From positions 156,599-220,598 of IMG/VR virus record IMGVR_UViG_3300037502_002993: DNA of 64,000 bases; one strand, given 5' to 3'. Under the pieces are notes generated by a model. That model saw nothing but the letters and a program-made list of their open reading frames with translations, did not search any database and was not told the DNA's origin. Every line of letters begins with the position of its first letter. Positions within the stretch are counted from its first letter, which is position 1. Positions 48,603 to 58,195 of this stretch are shown piece after piece. Position numbers and translations under genes: made by a program.

Positions 48603-51490
48603 GTACCTTTAAAGACCGCATGGACGCCGTTCGTTTCAATCCGGGCCTGATGCAGCAACTTGCACTGGAAGAGCTGCGAGAGCAGTTGAGCCAGCGGGGA
48701 AACTTTGATGTCCCTGACCCAACTAACCCCTTCGTCTATATGTTAGAGTGTGCCACCACCATGTCCGCCCACGCCATGGGGGAGGGGGAGAGCCTACTGG
48801 GTAAGGTCTACCCGAGTCTTGCCGTAGAGCGTGAAGACCTCTATCGCCATATGTCGGACTGGGATTACCTAGGTCGGTTTGCTGCACCCGCCTGGACGAC
48901 TTTCGACCTATACCTGAGTCGTGATGAGGTCATGGCCAAGACCAGACCCGTTGGTAATGAGGGGGTGCGTCAGCTGACCATTCCCCGATTAACGGAGTTT
49001 ACGGTGGCCGATACCACCTTTACCATGCAGTTCCCCATCCACATTCGCTTAATGGCACATGGGGGCCTTCAGGTAGTGTATGACAGTGACGTCACCTCTC
49101 CGATCCAGCAACTGACCACGAACCTGGTGGATTGGGACAGTGTGCGCCTTGGGGGTGAGGAGTTATTGGTTCTCCATATCCCGGTTGGTCAATTTAAGAT
49201 CAGAACCTTCACTGAAACCCTAAACCAAGCGGCTGGGTATCGTAACGCTTACGGTTTCTCCGACAGCTTCTACACCGCCCGGGTATTTGTGTCGCGTAAT
49301 GGTCAATGGGAAGAGATTCTGACCACCCATTCTGAGTGGGTCTTTGATCCCACTCGTTTGACGGCGGTATTGAAGGTACTTGAGGGGCAGGTGGAAGTTA
49401 GGATTCCACAGATCTACTTCAGTCAGGGCATGGTACCAGGTGAGGTGAGGGTAGACGTGTACAGCACCAAAGGTGAGCTTGAGCTCGACCTTGGGTCTTA
49501 CGCCCCCGATCAATTCGAATACCGCTTAAATGCCATTGATGACGACCCAACCTATACCGCTCCCTTCAAGGCCTTCCAGCGCCTGCAGGCGATCAGTCCC
49601 CTGCGGGTCAGTGGCGGCAGTGACGCCATGCCTTTTGTGGACCTGCGTGATCAGGTGATTCAAAATGCACTGGGGTCCTCTACGGTGCCGATTACCAGTG
49701 CCCAGGTGAGTGCAGAGTTGCAGCGTCGTGGCTACAGCATTGTTACCAATATCGACAATATCACCAACCGTCAGTTCCTGGCCACTCGACAACTCCCCTC
49801 TCCAGGACGGGGGATGACATCAGCAGGGCTTGGTTGTCTGATGGGTGAGTTGATGGCAACTTTTGATGAGTTGGCCGCATCAACCCACGCAGTGCACCAC
49901 GGAGAGCACATTACGCTTCTTCCCTCGATGCTCTACGAGTACCGTAACGGTCGAGTGGTGCCCCTACTGGATGGGGAGATTGAGCGCATCATTGGACTCA
50001 ATAATGACGGTAAGGTCACTGAGGTGAACAATCGTCAACTCCTGTACACCCCGCTTCACTATGTGCTCGATGGACGCAATCAGCGTTTCTCCGTAAGGCC
50101 CTACTACCTGGATCAGCCGGAAATCATCCGTAAGACCCTAGTGGGGGATAACAACAGCACGCAGATGCTAATCTCTGTCGATCAGTACCAGATCGAACGT
50201 ACGCCCTGGGGGTATCAAATCACCGTGTCATTGGTTACCGATGAACGGGTGGATGAGCTCGATGAAGAGGACGTTCATGTACAACTCTCCTATCAGCCAG
50301 TAGGAGAACGCACCTACGCCTCAGTGATGGGTACGCTTATCGAGCATGAGGGGGATGAGCGTATCTACCGGTTTGAGATTCGCACCAACTACGACATTGA
50401 TGCTAATCATCGACTGAGAACTACCAACCTCTCGATGTTCGATGAATTCCAGGTTAACCATTTTGTTCCGTTGGAGCATGACTTTGATCTGAGCTTTATT
50501 GTCACCGGCCAGGACATGTTGTTCTATCGGCGTACTGAGCTTGATGACATGGTCAGCCAACACTTCTTTGATGGGGAGGTAATGGTGGTGGGTCGTGAGC
50601 GACTGCGTATTCGTCTTGGGAGTGCCCTAACAGGACTCTGGGATCGAAGTCGTACGGTCGTCACGGAACTCTCCTATAAGCGCTATCCAGCTAATGTGCC
50701 CTATATCCATGAACGCACGGTGCTTAGGACTGACGAAGATGGTCAAACCATCATCACCATGGACGATGAAGGTAATGTTCAGTATGAGGTACTCTTTGAG
50801 GCGGGAGAGCCCGTCCTTGATGAAGAAGGGAATGTCAGGATTCGTCACTTCCAAGGAGACGCCATCCTAGATGCCAATGGGGAGCCTGAGTTAGTGGAAC
50901 CGCGAAAGCTACTGCGTGAATTCACCATGCTCTTCTTTGACGGAGTCTACTATGTCGTTGATAACCAGGACGCTCTGAACTACCGTCAGGAGATCCCGAG
51001 CAATCTGGTCAGGTGGTTGGAGAATGACATTGGACAGATGCAAGAGCAACTCCTTGAACAGTCAGAGATTAAACTCCACCCCACAAAAACCCTTGGAGAG
51101 ACCAATGCGGTAGTTGCACAAGGACTGCGCAGTACGCTACAGATCAACCAGCATCTCTTTGTGAACTACTATCTGACCAACACGGCTTATGAGGACATGG
51201 GACTGCGTCAGTCATTGCTAAGTGCCACACGGCGTACGGTCGCTGAAATGGTATCCCGGCGTACGGTATCGATTTCAGATATCACGACACGCCTGAAGGC
51301 ACTGGGGGGCGATAGTGTTATCAACCTGGATGTCGGGGGATTGGGAGGGGATAACAATTTCTCAATCGTCAGTGTGGATGACGATGTGGTTAGGCTCTCA
51401 CTTGGTGCGCGAGCTGCCCTACTCCCCGACCAAACTATCACCGTTCAGGATGACATTGATATCAACTTCCTGAAACATCAGGTATCTTAA
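48599..51490 (+). CDS. Baseplate wedge-like protein (gp87 position)
   Basis: 963 aa; DPTNPFVYMLE, LYRHMSDWDY, VSGGSDA...LR. Confidence 0.65.
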   Translation: MSTFKDRMDAVRFNPGLMQQLALEELREQLSQRGNFDVPDPTNPFVYMLECATTMSAHAMGEGESLLGKVYPSLAVEREDLYRHMSDWDYLGRFAAPAWTTFDLYLSRDEVMAKTRPVGNEGVRQLTIPRLTEFTVADTTFTMQFPIHIRLMAHGGLQVVYDSDVTSPIQQLTTNLVDWDSVRLGGEELLVLHIPVGQFKIRTFTETLNQAAGYRNAYGFSDSFYTARVFVSRNGQWEEILTTHSEWVFDPTRLTAVLKVLEGQVEVRIPQIYFSQGMVPGEVRVDVYSTKGELELDLGSYAPDQFEYRLNAIDDDPTYTAPFKAFQRLQAISPLRVSGGSDAMPFVDLRDQVIQNALGSSTVPITSAQVSAELQRRGYSIVTNIDNITNRQFLATRQLPSPGRGMTSAGLGCLMGELMATFDELAASTHAVHHGEHITLLPSMLYEYRNGRVVPLLDGEIERIIGLNNDGKVTEVNNRQLLYTPLHYVLDGRNQRFSVRPYYLDQPEIIRKTLVGDNNSTQMLISVDQYQIERTPWGYQITVSLVTDERVDELDEEDVHVQLSYQPVGERTYASVMGTLIEHEGDERIYRFEIRTNYDIDANHRLRTTNLSMFDEFQVNHFVPLEHDFDLSFIVTGQDMLFYRRTELDDMVSQHFFDGEVMVVGRERLRIRLGSALTGLWDRSRTVVTELSYKRYPANVPYIHERTVLRTDEDGQTIITMDDEGNVQYEVLFEAGEPVLDEEGNVRIRHFQGDAILDANGEPELVEPRKLLREFTMLFFDGVYYVVDNQDALNYRQEIPSNLVRWLENDIGQMQEQLLEQSEIKLHPTKTLGETNAVVAQGLRSTLQINQHLFVNYYLTNTAYEDMGLRQSLLSATRRTVAEMVSRRTVSISDITTRLKALGGDSVINLDVGGLGGDNNFSIVSVDDDVVRLSLGARAALLPDQTITVQDDIDINFLKHQVS

Positions 51491-51495
51491 CCTAA

Positions 51496-51536
51496 GGACA
51501 TAACGCCCTCCCCACTTGGGGAGGGCACTTATGCCG
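51496..51536. terminator. Bidirectional hairpin flanked by GGACATAA / TTATGCCG
   Basis: GCCCTCCCC...GGGGAGGGC between convergent genes. Confidence 0.75.
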
Positions 51537-51537
51537 G

Positions 51538-52893
51538 TTACCGCATGGTACGAAGCTTTTCAATGGTAGTTTTCACCAGACTTTCTGCTTTTTCCTTCGT
51601 ACGCTCACTGGCGGCCGTTTCCATGACCCCCTTGTAATGGTACTGCATGGCCTGCTCAAGCAGACCGTAATAGTACTTCATGAAGTGAAGACGTAACTGA
51701 CAGGCTTTCTCTAATGCCTTACAGACCGACACCAGGGCATGAATGGATTGGTTATACCCCCTCAACGCATCCACGATGGCATCGGCATCCGCTTGAGTGG
51801 AAGCAGTGGATAGGTGTTTAATCCCGCGTTCAAACCCTGCCAGGTTCTTCTCTACCCGAGAGAGCAGTTTCAGTGGGGTCTCGTAAGCATACCCACTTGA
51901 CAGAAGCTTACTCGGACGCGTGGTAAGCAGATTGGTCTTGACATTATCCGTCAGGAATGTAGAGGCTTGAGACACGTCCAGTAGCAGGACAATCGTCTCA
52001 TTGGCTTGGCGCAGTTTCTCCATCGGTCGCTTAAGTGCCGCAAACGCCGACATGCCATCGCCCCCCTCCACCAGGATGTCAATGGCGGTCTCTGACTCCC
52101 GCAGCAGATGCTCCACGGTGGGAGTCAAATCCTCAGTGAGCGTCTGTAGCGTGGTGGCGTGCTTCCCCTCCCCCATGACCACCAACGTAAGTTCCGTCTG
52201 AGGTAACTGCTTGAGCATGGCCTCTTGATGGCGCTTTGACCAGTCAGGAAAACCAGCACCACCCATGTGATTAAGGCGCACCATCTCCATGTAAGCATCA
52301 AACACCAGTGTGAGCTTACGGTAATAGAGATCGATTTGGTGGTTGACCTGAAGCTGAGGTAGAAGGTGTTTCTTCAAGAACCGATAAGAGCTCTTGATAA
52401 ACTCCATAATCTTCTTGAACCACGCCTTGATGGTATCGAGTACCGTACGGGTGAAGGATTCCTGGGCAATATCCAGTGACAGAGAAGAGCGCTCTTGTGT
52501 GAAGAAGCCGAAACCTTCAACACCAAGATCCAGTTGGCTCAGGTGGCGTTCACGAATGGCCATCAGGGTCGCCATATCGGCCTCAGAGACGCCCTCACGC
52601 GACACCGTGCGGTGAAGCTGATGTAGGATACCCAGATCACGCTCAAAGCCCTCTAAGGACAGCTGTAGGGCCTTCAGAGACTCCTGACTGACTGTTTCAT
52701 CGTCATCTTCTCCTGACGTCTCTCTGTCCTCCGCTTCAACTTCCTCGGATTGCGCTTCTTCGGGCGAGTCTTCACCTTCTCCGTCACCAGCATCCTGACC
52801 TCCTTCATCGAGTACGGCGTCTACCTCGTCGAAATGGGCTTCTTCCTGCTGATTATCGTTTTCCAGTGCTGGAGTCCCGTCTAGATTAAACAT
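51538..52893 (-). CDS. Internal head protein with acidic propeptide
   Basis: ALE, SQE, SLE, GVE, AQE sites; GAGGT SD. Confidence 0.7.
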   Translation of the reverse strand: MFNLDGTPALENDNQQEEAHFDEVDAVLDEGGQDAGDGEGEDSPEEAQSEEVEAEDRETSGEDDDETVSQESLKALQLSLEGFERDLGILHQLHRTVSREGVSEADMATLMAIRERHLSQLDLGVEGFGFFTQERSSLSLDIAQESFTRTVLDTIKAWFKKIMEFIKSSYRFLKKHLLPQLQVNHQIDLYYRKLTLVFDAYMEMVRLNHMGGAGFPDWSKRHQEAMLKQLPQTELTLVVMGEGKHATTLQTLTEDLTPTVEHLLRESETAIDILVEGGDGMSAFAALKRPMEKLRQANETIVLLLDVSQASTFLTDNVKTNLLTTRPSKLLSSGYAYETPLKLLSRVEKNLAGFERGIKHLSTASTQADADAIVDALRGYNQSIHALVSVCKALEKACQLRLHFMKYYYGLLEQAMQYHYKGVMETAASERTKEKAESLVKTTIEKLRTMR

Positions 52894-52901
52894 GGCTAAC
52901 C

Positions 52902-53411
52902 TCACTGCTCGTCAGGGAGGGTGTCGGAAACAGCCTCATCACCCGCCTCTTGGGGCGGTGTTTCCTTTTGAGCCTTACCCAGTACCCCTGAGGTTATCGC
53001 CGCGACATCACGCTGATAGTTGGCAAAGCCACGATCTGAGACGAATGACTTGAACAGCTGTGCTTCGTCGTCGGTCAGGTGTTCGGCCTGAAGCTCGGAT
53101 TTGATCAGGAACTTGATCAGGGTAGCATTCTCCACCCCCGTCAGAAGCTCGTAGCGGACAGACACCAGGTTGTGGAAGTAGGAGCGGCACAGACGCAGGT
53201 CCAGCGGGGTGCGTTCGTTAATGGCGCCGACCAATTCCTTCAGATCGCGACTGTACTGGTCGCACAGTTCCTCGCAGGTGAGCTCTGGGTCAATAGGGAT
53301 CGAATAGGCCAGGGCCTGCGCCACAGCCAGGGCCTTCACCTCCCGTTGGTGGGAGGGGGGGAAGTTGAGGTGTTGAAAAGCGTCAACCAGTTCGTATGCC
53401 ATGCGTTTCAT
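52902..53411 (-). CDS. Hypothetical protein
   Basis: GGAG SD, within the operon. Confidence 0.6.
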   Translation of the reverse strand: MKRMAYELVDAFQHLNFPPSHQREVKALAVAQALAYSIPIDPELTCEELCDQYSRDLKELVGAINERTPLDLRLCRSYFHNLVSVRYELLTGVENATLIKFLIKSELQAEHLTDDEAQLFKSFVSDRGFANYQRDVAAITSGVLGKAQKETPPQEAGDEAVSDTLPDEQ

Positions 53412-53414
53412 GGG

Positions 53415-54746
53415 TTAGCTCCGGGCGGTGGTTTTCAGGCGTTCGGCATGAGCGAAGAGATCACTTCTGAACAACCGCTCTAACAGTTGCTCGGCTTGAA
53501 CGCGATGGTAGGTACGGCGTACCAAGGGATTGGTGAGAATACCGATAGACTCGATCAGGGTCAGCTCATCGGTCATCTTATCAAGAATGGCTTTTACTTG
53601 GGCGATCTCAGCAAGGACCATTTCCTTGCCCACGTTATCGGTTGCGCGAAGAACTGAGATCAACTCGCGGTGGATCTTTTCAAACCGCTCTTTCGGGTTA
53701 TCGTAGGGACTGTGTTCAGTATTAACTCCCCACATATTGGTAAGGAGAACAGCAGATACCACGATTCCGAGTACGGGGGCAGTAACCAGAAGACCAACGG
53801 TGGCGGGGAGTGCCAGCAGAGAGAGGAGGTTATGGAACGCTCTCGCTGACCGGGTGTGGTAGAAGCGACCCCCGCCAAAGAGAGCACTCATCTTGTTAAG
53901 GCTTGTGGTGACGTGAACTCCATAGCCCATACGGGTGGCGAACATATCAGCGAGCTGCTCTGAGCGCAACTCCCCCGTCATGGTACCCTTACTCCACAAG
54001 TGGTTTCGGTTACTCGTTGCTGCAGTTAACAGCACGGCTTTACGAACGTTCGCCTCGTTATCAGGGGACTGGATCAGTTCCTCCCGAACGGTCTTATTCG
54101 GTACGTTCTTCTCAAGCCAGGTACGGGAGAGCAGTTCGATCCGGTATGTATTGGGTTTCTTCCCCAGAACCACATCGATTCCATCGGTCAGGAAGTAGTT
54201 CATCCACACCATCTCACCGATGGTAGCGAGGTTGAAGAACGCGTGGCCGATTTCATGAAGGATGATGGCAGTGAGTTCTTCATCAGTGAAGAAATCCTGC
54301 TGTCCTTTAAGAAAATGTGCTGGGGGGAGCATCAAGTCGAAGGGGATCTCTTGGAAACTTCCTGTTACCGTTACTTTCTTAAGATCAATGGTGGATTTCA
54401 TGTGGTGTTTGGTGTACTCCTTGTGGAGTACCTCCTCCATCCACTTAGAAAACGCACCTAGCTTTCCAGCATCCCCCTGATACCCAATAACGGGGGCGGT
54501 CATGATGGCAAAGTCAAAAGGGTTGTCCATTAACGTTACGGTGAGTTTAAGCCCAGTCAGCTTGGTGATACCTCCGATAAGTGTGGAGAAATCTGCCTTT
54601 TTGAGCTTTTTGGCGTTCAGTGCTCGAATGCGTTTGACCTCGCCAAGGACCAACTCCGCCAGGTTAGACGTGTGATTCAGGTTAATAAACTCTTGAGAGA
54701 CGTTGTGCTGAAACGCCTTATCGGTGTACTTAGCAATACGTGACAT
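53415..54746 (-). CDS. Virion zinc metallopeptidase-like protein (M48-like)
   Basis: AIILHEIGH and EQLADMFATRMGY motifs, hydrophobic hairpin, SQE site near the N-terminus. Confidence 0.7.
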   Translation of the reverse strand: MSRIAKYTDKAFQHNVSQEFINLNHTSNLAELVLGEVKRIRALNAKKLKKADFSTLIGGITKLTGLKLTVTLMDNPFDFAIMTAPVIGYQGDAGKLGAFSKWMEEVLHKEYTKHHMKSTIDLKKVTVTGSFQEIPFDLMLPPAHFLKGQQDFFTDEELTAIILHEIGHAFFNLATIGEMVWMNYFLTDGIDVVLGKKPNTYRIELLSRTWLEKNVPNKTVREELIQSPDNEANVRKAVLLTAATSNRNHLWSKGTMTGELRSEQLADMFATRMGYGVHVTTSLNKMSALFGGGRFYHTRSARAFHNLLSLLALPATVGLLVTAPVLGIVVSAVLLTNMWGVNTEHSPYDNPKERFEKIHRELISVLRATDNVGKEMVLAEIAQVKAILDKMTDELTLIESIGILTNPLVRRTYHRVQAEQLLERLFRSDLFAHAERLKTTARS

Positions 54747-54848
54747 GTGGTTTCCTCAGCGGGTGGGTGAAAGCTCATACCTTTTCCAATTCAAGAAATG
54801 GTCCAATACTCACTGCAAGCATCCTGTAGGCAAACAGGAGAGGTTGTC

Positions 54849-57146
54849 ATGCAAAAAATCGATCCCGAGCAGGTGTTGGGTCGCGAAGCCAAACACATCA
54901 CGTATGTCCGTGATCAATTCGGTAAGTCCCATGATGCGCTCTTCGTCAAGGAGTGGATTCACCTAAAGGATGGCACCCGCATACCGAGACTCCATTGTGT
55001 CGAAGACTACCGCCGGCCGTTTTGGCTAGTGCACGAAGGACAGCGGACCTATAAGGACCGCAAAGATTTCATGCCGCTCAACAAGCTCCAGAAATACCAT
55101 TCTACCCAGATTGATCTATCCCGTAACATCGCTACCCTCTTACGGGACTTTAGTTTTGGTCCTAACCCACCCCTGAAAAAACTTGCCCGTAATCCTTACC
55201 TCTTTGGGACTGACGTCACCACCCCTTGCCTACTTAAGGCACAGTACCGCAAACGTTATCCTGACTTATCGTCACCGAACCTGGTTGCAGGGGGTGACGT
55301 TGAGACTGATGTGGTCCATCACACCAATGACATTATCTGCATGTCAGTGACCTGTAAGCAAAACGCCATCTTGGTCTACTTAAAGCGTTGGATCGAGGAC
55401 ATTCCCAACATCATCGAAGAAACCAAAGAGGCTGCCGATAAGTACATTGGAGAGGACCTTAAGAAGCGTGGCATCACGCTTGAGGTGGTCGTATGCGATA
55501 CCCCAGGTCAAATCGTCATGACGTGTCTCAATAAGCTCCATGAGTGGAAACCGGACTTCTTCTCGTTCTGGAACATGGACTTCGATATGGGGCGGATGCT
55601 AAAAGCCCTAGAGGATGATGGTATCGACCCTAAGGATATCTTCTCTGATCCCTCCGTCCCACCGAACTATCGCTACTTTGACTGGCGTGAAGGACAAGCG
55701 CAAAAAGTCACCGCCTCAGGAAAGGTCATCTCTATCAACATCGAAGACCGCTGGCCTTGGGTTACCCACCCCGCCACCTGGCAGGTGATCGATGCCATGC
55801 CTGTGTATCGAGGACTAAGACGGGTAGATGGAAAAGACCCTTCTTACAAGCTGGGATATATCCTAGAGAAGGAGAAGGCAGGGAACAAGCTCCAGTTTGA
55901 TGACATGCGACACTTAACCGGACTGCGCTGGCACCAAGAGATGCAAAAGCATCACAAGGTAAAGTATGGGGTGTACAACCTATACGACTCCCTTGATCTG
56001 GAAATCCTTGATGAGAAGACGGAAGATCTATCACGTAAGATCACCATGTTCTCCGTCAACTCCGATTACAAGAACTTCAACTCCAACCCAAAACGACTGT
56101 GTGATGCCTTGCACTTCTGGCACTTGGAAAAAGGGGAGGTCATTGGGGCGTCTTCTGATGAGGCGGATCATGAGTTAGATGTTCACGTCATTGGGGCGGA
56201 TTCCTGGATCGTTACCCTACCTACGTACATGGCCGGGCCGGAGGGGGCTAAGGTCATGGAGGAGCTGCCTGACTACAAAACCCTTTACTTTAACCATGTT
56301 GCGGATCAACACTAAATCAAGGTCCCCTCGGGGCGAAATCCCCGTGTGAAACCTCTCTAATTGCTGGAATGCCCTGAAGAGCTGACCTACCACAATGCTG
56401 CCCGAAAGGGCCGGTTAAAAAGCATGACCCCGAAGGGGCTTCGTCTACGGATGAAGGGTTTGACAACAGGTCGGATGTGAATGCGCTATCACAAGGGGTA
56501 ACCGTGGGACCTAAGGTCCCCTTTAGCAGCCAAGGGCCTACCGGTCCCTCCTTGGAGGGACCCATGGTCAAGGTTCATCGACTATCCAAAGGCGCCCATC
56601 AGGGCGAACCGAGTAGAGTAGGGCCAGTGGTCTGGTGGGTTGTCAGTGTGGAATGGCACTGGCGGTAAGTCCCTTAAACCGAAACGGGAGGCACCTTACC
56701 AGGTAAGGCTGGAGGTGAAGATATAGTCAGTCCAGTAAAGAAATTTACTGCAAGTACCTAATCCTAATAACATGTAGTGGTTAATAAACCAGACTACATG
56801 AGGTACCGAGCTTGACCTAGTTAGCGCTTATCCCAGTGCCAGTATGATGCTCAACATTGGGCGTGATACGTGCATTATGGAGTTTTCTCAAATACAGGGA
56901 CTCTCCGAGCACCGTCGTAGAGAGTTGGGAGTGAACTTGACAGGGGGGAGCACAAATGCCCTTGAGATCACTGAAAAGATCTTTGGCATGCCGCCTGTGG
57001 ATCAGGTGTTAAAGGACTTCTGTGAGAAGCACGGCTATCCCCTTCCTGAAGAACTGATAGGGGACGATACCGTGTACGTAGAAACCGATGGGACTTATGT
57101 ACCCCTAGATGAGGAAGCCGTCGATAATGCCATCCCTGATTGGTAA
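54849..57146 (+). CDS. Split family-B DNA polymerase, exonuclease plus motif A part (phiKZ gp82-like); exons 54849-56306 and 56811-57146 (~597 aa)
   Basis: Exo motifs DVET, WNMDFD, YNLYD; splicing restores HVAD|LDLVSAYPS (PolB motif A-like). Confidence 0.88.
56307..56810 (+). mobile_element. Group I intron 3 (504 nt, ORF-less)
   Basis: Exon GGAU pairs with GUCC (56322-56325); P10 TCAAG (56317-56321) is complementary to 3' exon CTTGA; core CTAATTGCTGG, GTTCATCGACTA, AAGATATAGTC; terminal G56810. Confidence 0.92.
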
Positions 57147-57636
57147 GTACAAGAATCTGAAACTCCCTTTGGACACTCATCAACGTGTGATTAGCGGCTT
57201 CCCCGGTGTGGGGAAGTCAACCGCATTTAAATCCCTCAAGGAGCACGGGATTAAAGTGTTGGATTCCGATAGCTCAACTTTTGACAAAGCGCACTTTCCT
57301 GATAACTACCTAAAGCACATCGAAGACCGACTGAATGAAGGATATGTACTGTTGATATCCAGTCACGAGGAGGTGCGCAAAGGGCTGGAAAAACGTGGTA
57401 TTGATTACACGTTGGTCTATCCAGAGGCCGAGGCGAAGGAGGAGTATCTCCAGAGATATCGTGAACGCGGTAGTCCTGACGCCTTTGTAGAGATGATGGA
57501 CAAAAAATGGGAGGAGTTCATCATGTCCTGTGAGGAAAGTGGCGCTAAGACCCATGTACGGCTTTATGAGGGGGTATATCTCGATACCGCACTAGGGTCA
57601 ATGAACTGGTATCCGAAAACAATAAATCAGGATTGA
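57127..57636 (+). CDS. Small P-loop NTPase / nucleotide kinase-like protein; start uncertain
   Basis: ISGFPGVGKS, LDSDSS..DK..FP.NY. Confidence 0.75.
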   Translation: MPSLIGKYKNLKLPLDTHQRVISGFPGVGKSTAFKSLKEHGIKVLDSDSSTFDKAHFPDNYLKHIEDRLNEGYVLLISSHEEVRKGLEKRGIDYTLVYPEAEAKEEYLQRYRERGSPDAFVEMMDKKWEEFIMSCEESGAKTHVRLYEGVYLDTALGSMNWYPKTINQD

Positions 57637-57637
57637 T

Positions 57638-57676
57638 GGCATAAGCCCCTCCCGTAATTGGGAGGGGGGTATGTCG
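57638..57676. terminator. Bidirectional hairpin flanked by GGCATAA / TATGTCG
   Basis: CCCCTCCC-GTAATT-GGGAGGGG between convergent genes. Confidence 0.75.
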
Positions 57677-57682
57677 TTGGTC

Positions 57683-58195
57683 TCACTGATCCTCTAAGTC
57701 TAGCTGAAGTTGGCGCTCTAAATTGCGGTGTTCTTTTTCTCCACCAATGGTGTCATACTGGACGATGTCGTACAGCAGATCGCACACGTGGGGTGGTAGG
57801 TCTAAGAACTCGGGAAGACTGACTCCAAAGTGCTTGTGCATTCGATAATGGAAGAACTTTCGAATGTGGGCATAGAGAGCGCTTCCTTCAACGACGTCCT
57901 CCTTATCGTGCTGCTTGACCAGTGCCAGTGGTTGGTCAGGAAACGATTCATGGTCGAAGATACCATATTCCGTCTCATACGCCATCTGTAGGACTTGATC
58001 GGCCACCGTTGATCGCATTGCGGGAAACTCATCCAAGAGCTCATCAATACGCGTTCGGTGGGTCGCATCCACCGTCGACCCAAAACTGGCAAAGCCCACG
58101 TGCCCGTTAGAAGAGTTCAGATCTAGACTGAGTCTCGAATAACGGGCATCCTCGTTCTTCTGTGGACTTAGCTGAGCTTCCGGTCGACTAGGATA
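57683..58195 (-). CDS. -1 frame extension of 58168-59706 (tail assembly chaperone GT-like part)
   Basis: Frame is open from the slippery site at 58201-58195 to TGA 57683; no evident SD before GTG 58099. Confidence 0.65.
   Translation of the reverse strand, partial: YPSRPEAQLSPQKNEDARYSRLSLDLNSSNGHVGFASFGSTVDATHRTRIDELLDEFPAMRSTVADQVLQMAYETEYGIFDHESFPDQPLALVKQHDKEDVVEGSALYAHIRKFFHYRMHKHFGVSLPEFLDLPPHVCDLLYDIVQYDTIGGEKEHRNLERQLQLDLEDQ

Noticed and set aside
6398-57146. Pseudogene, intein or alternative-genetic-code explanation for the broken RNAP and DNA polymerase genes
   Set aside because: The gaps contain group I core elements and exact in-frame junctions; other genes read normally with the standard code.
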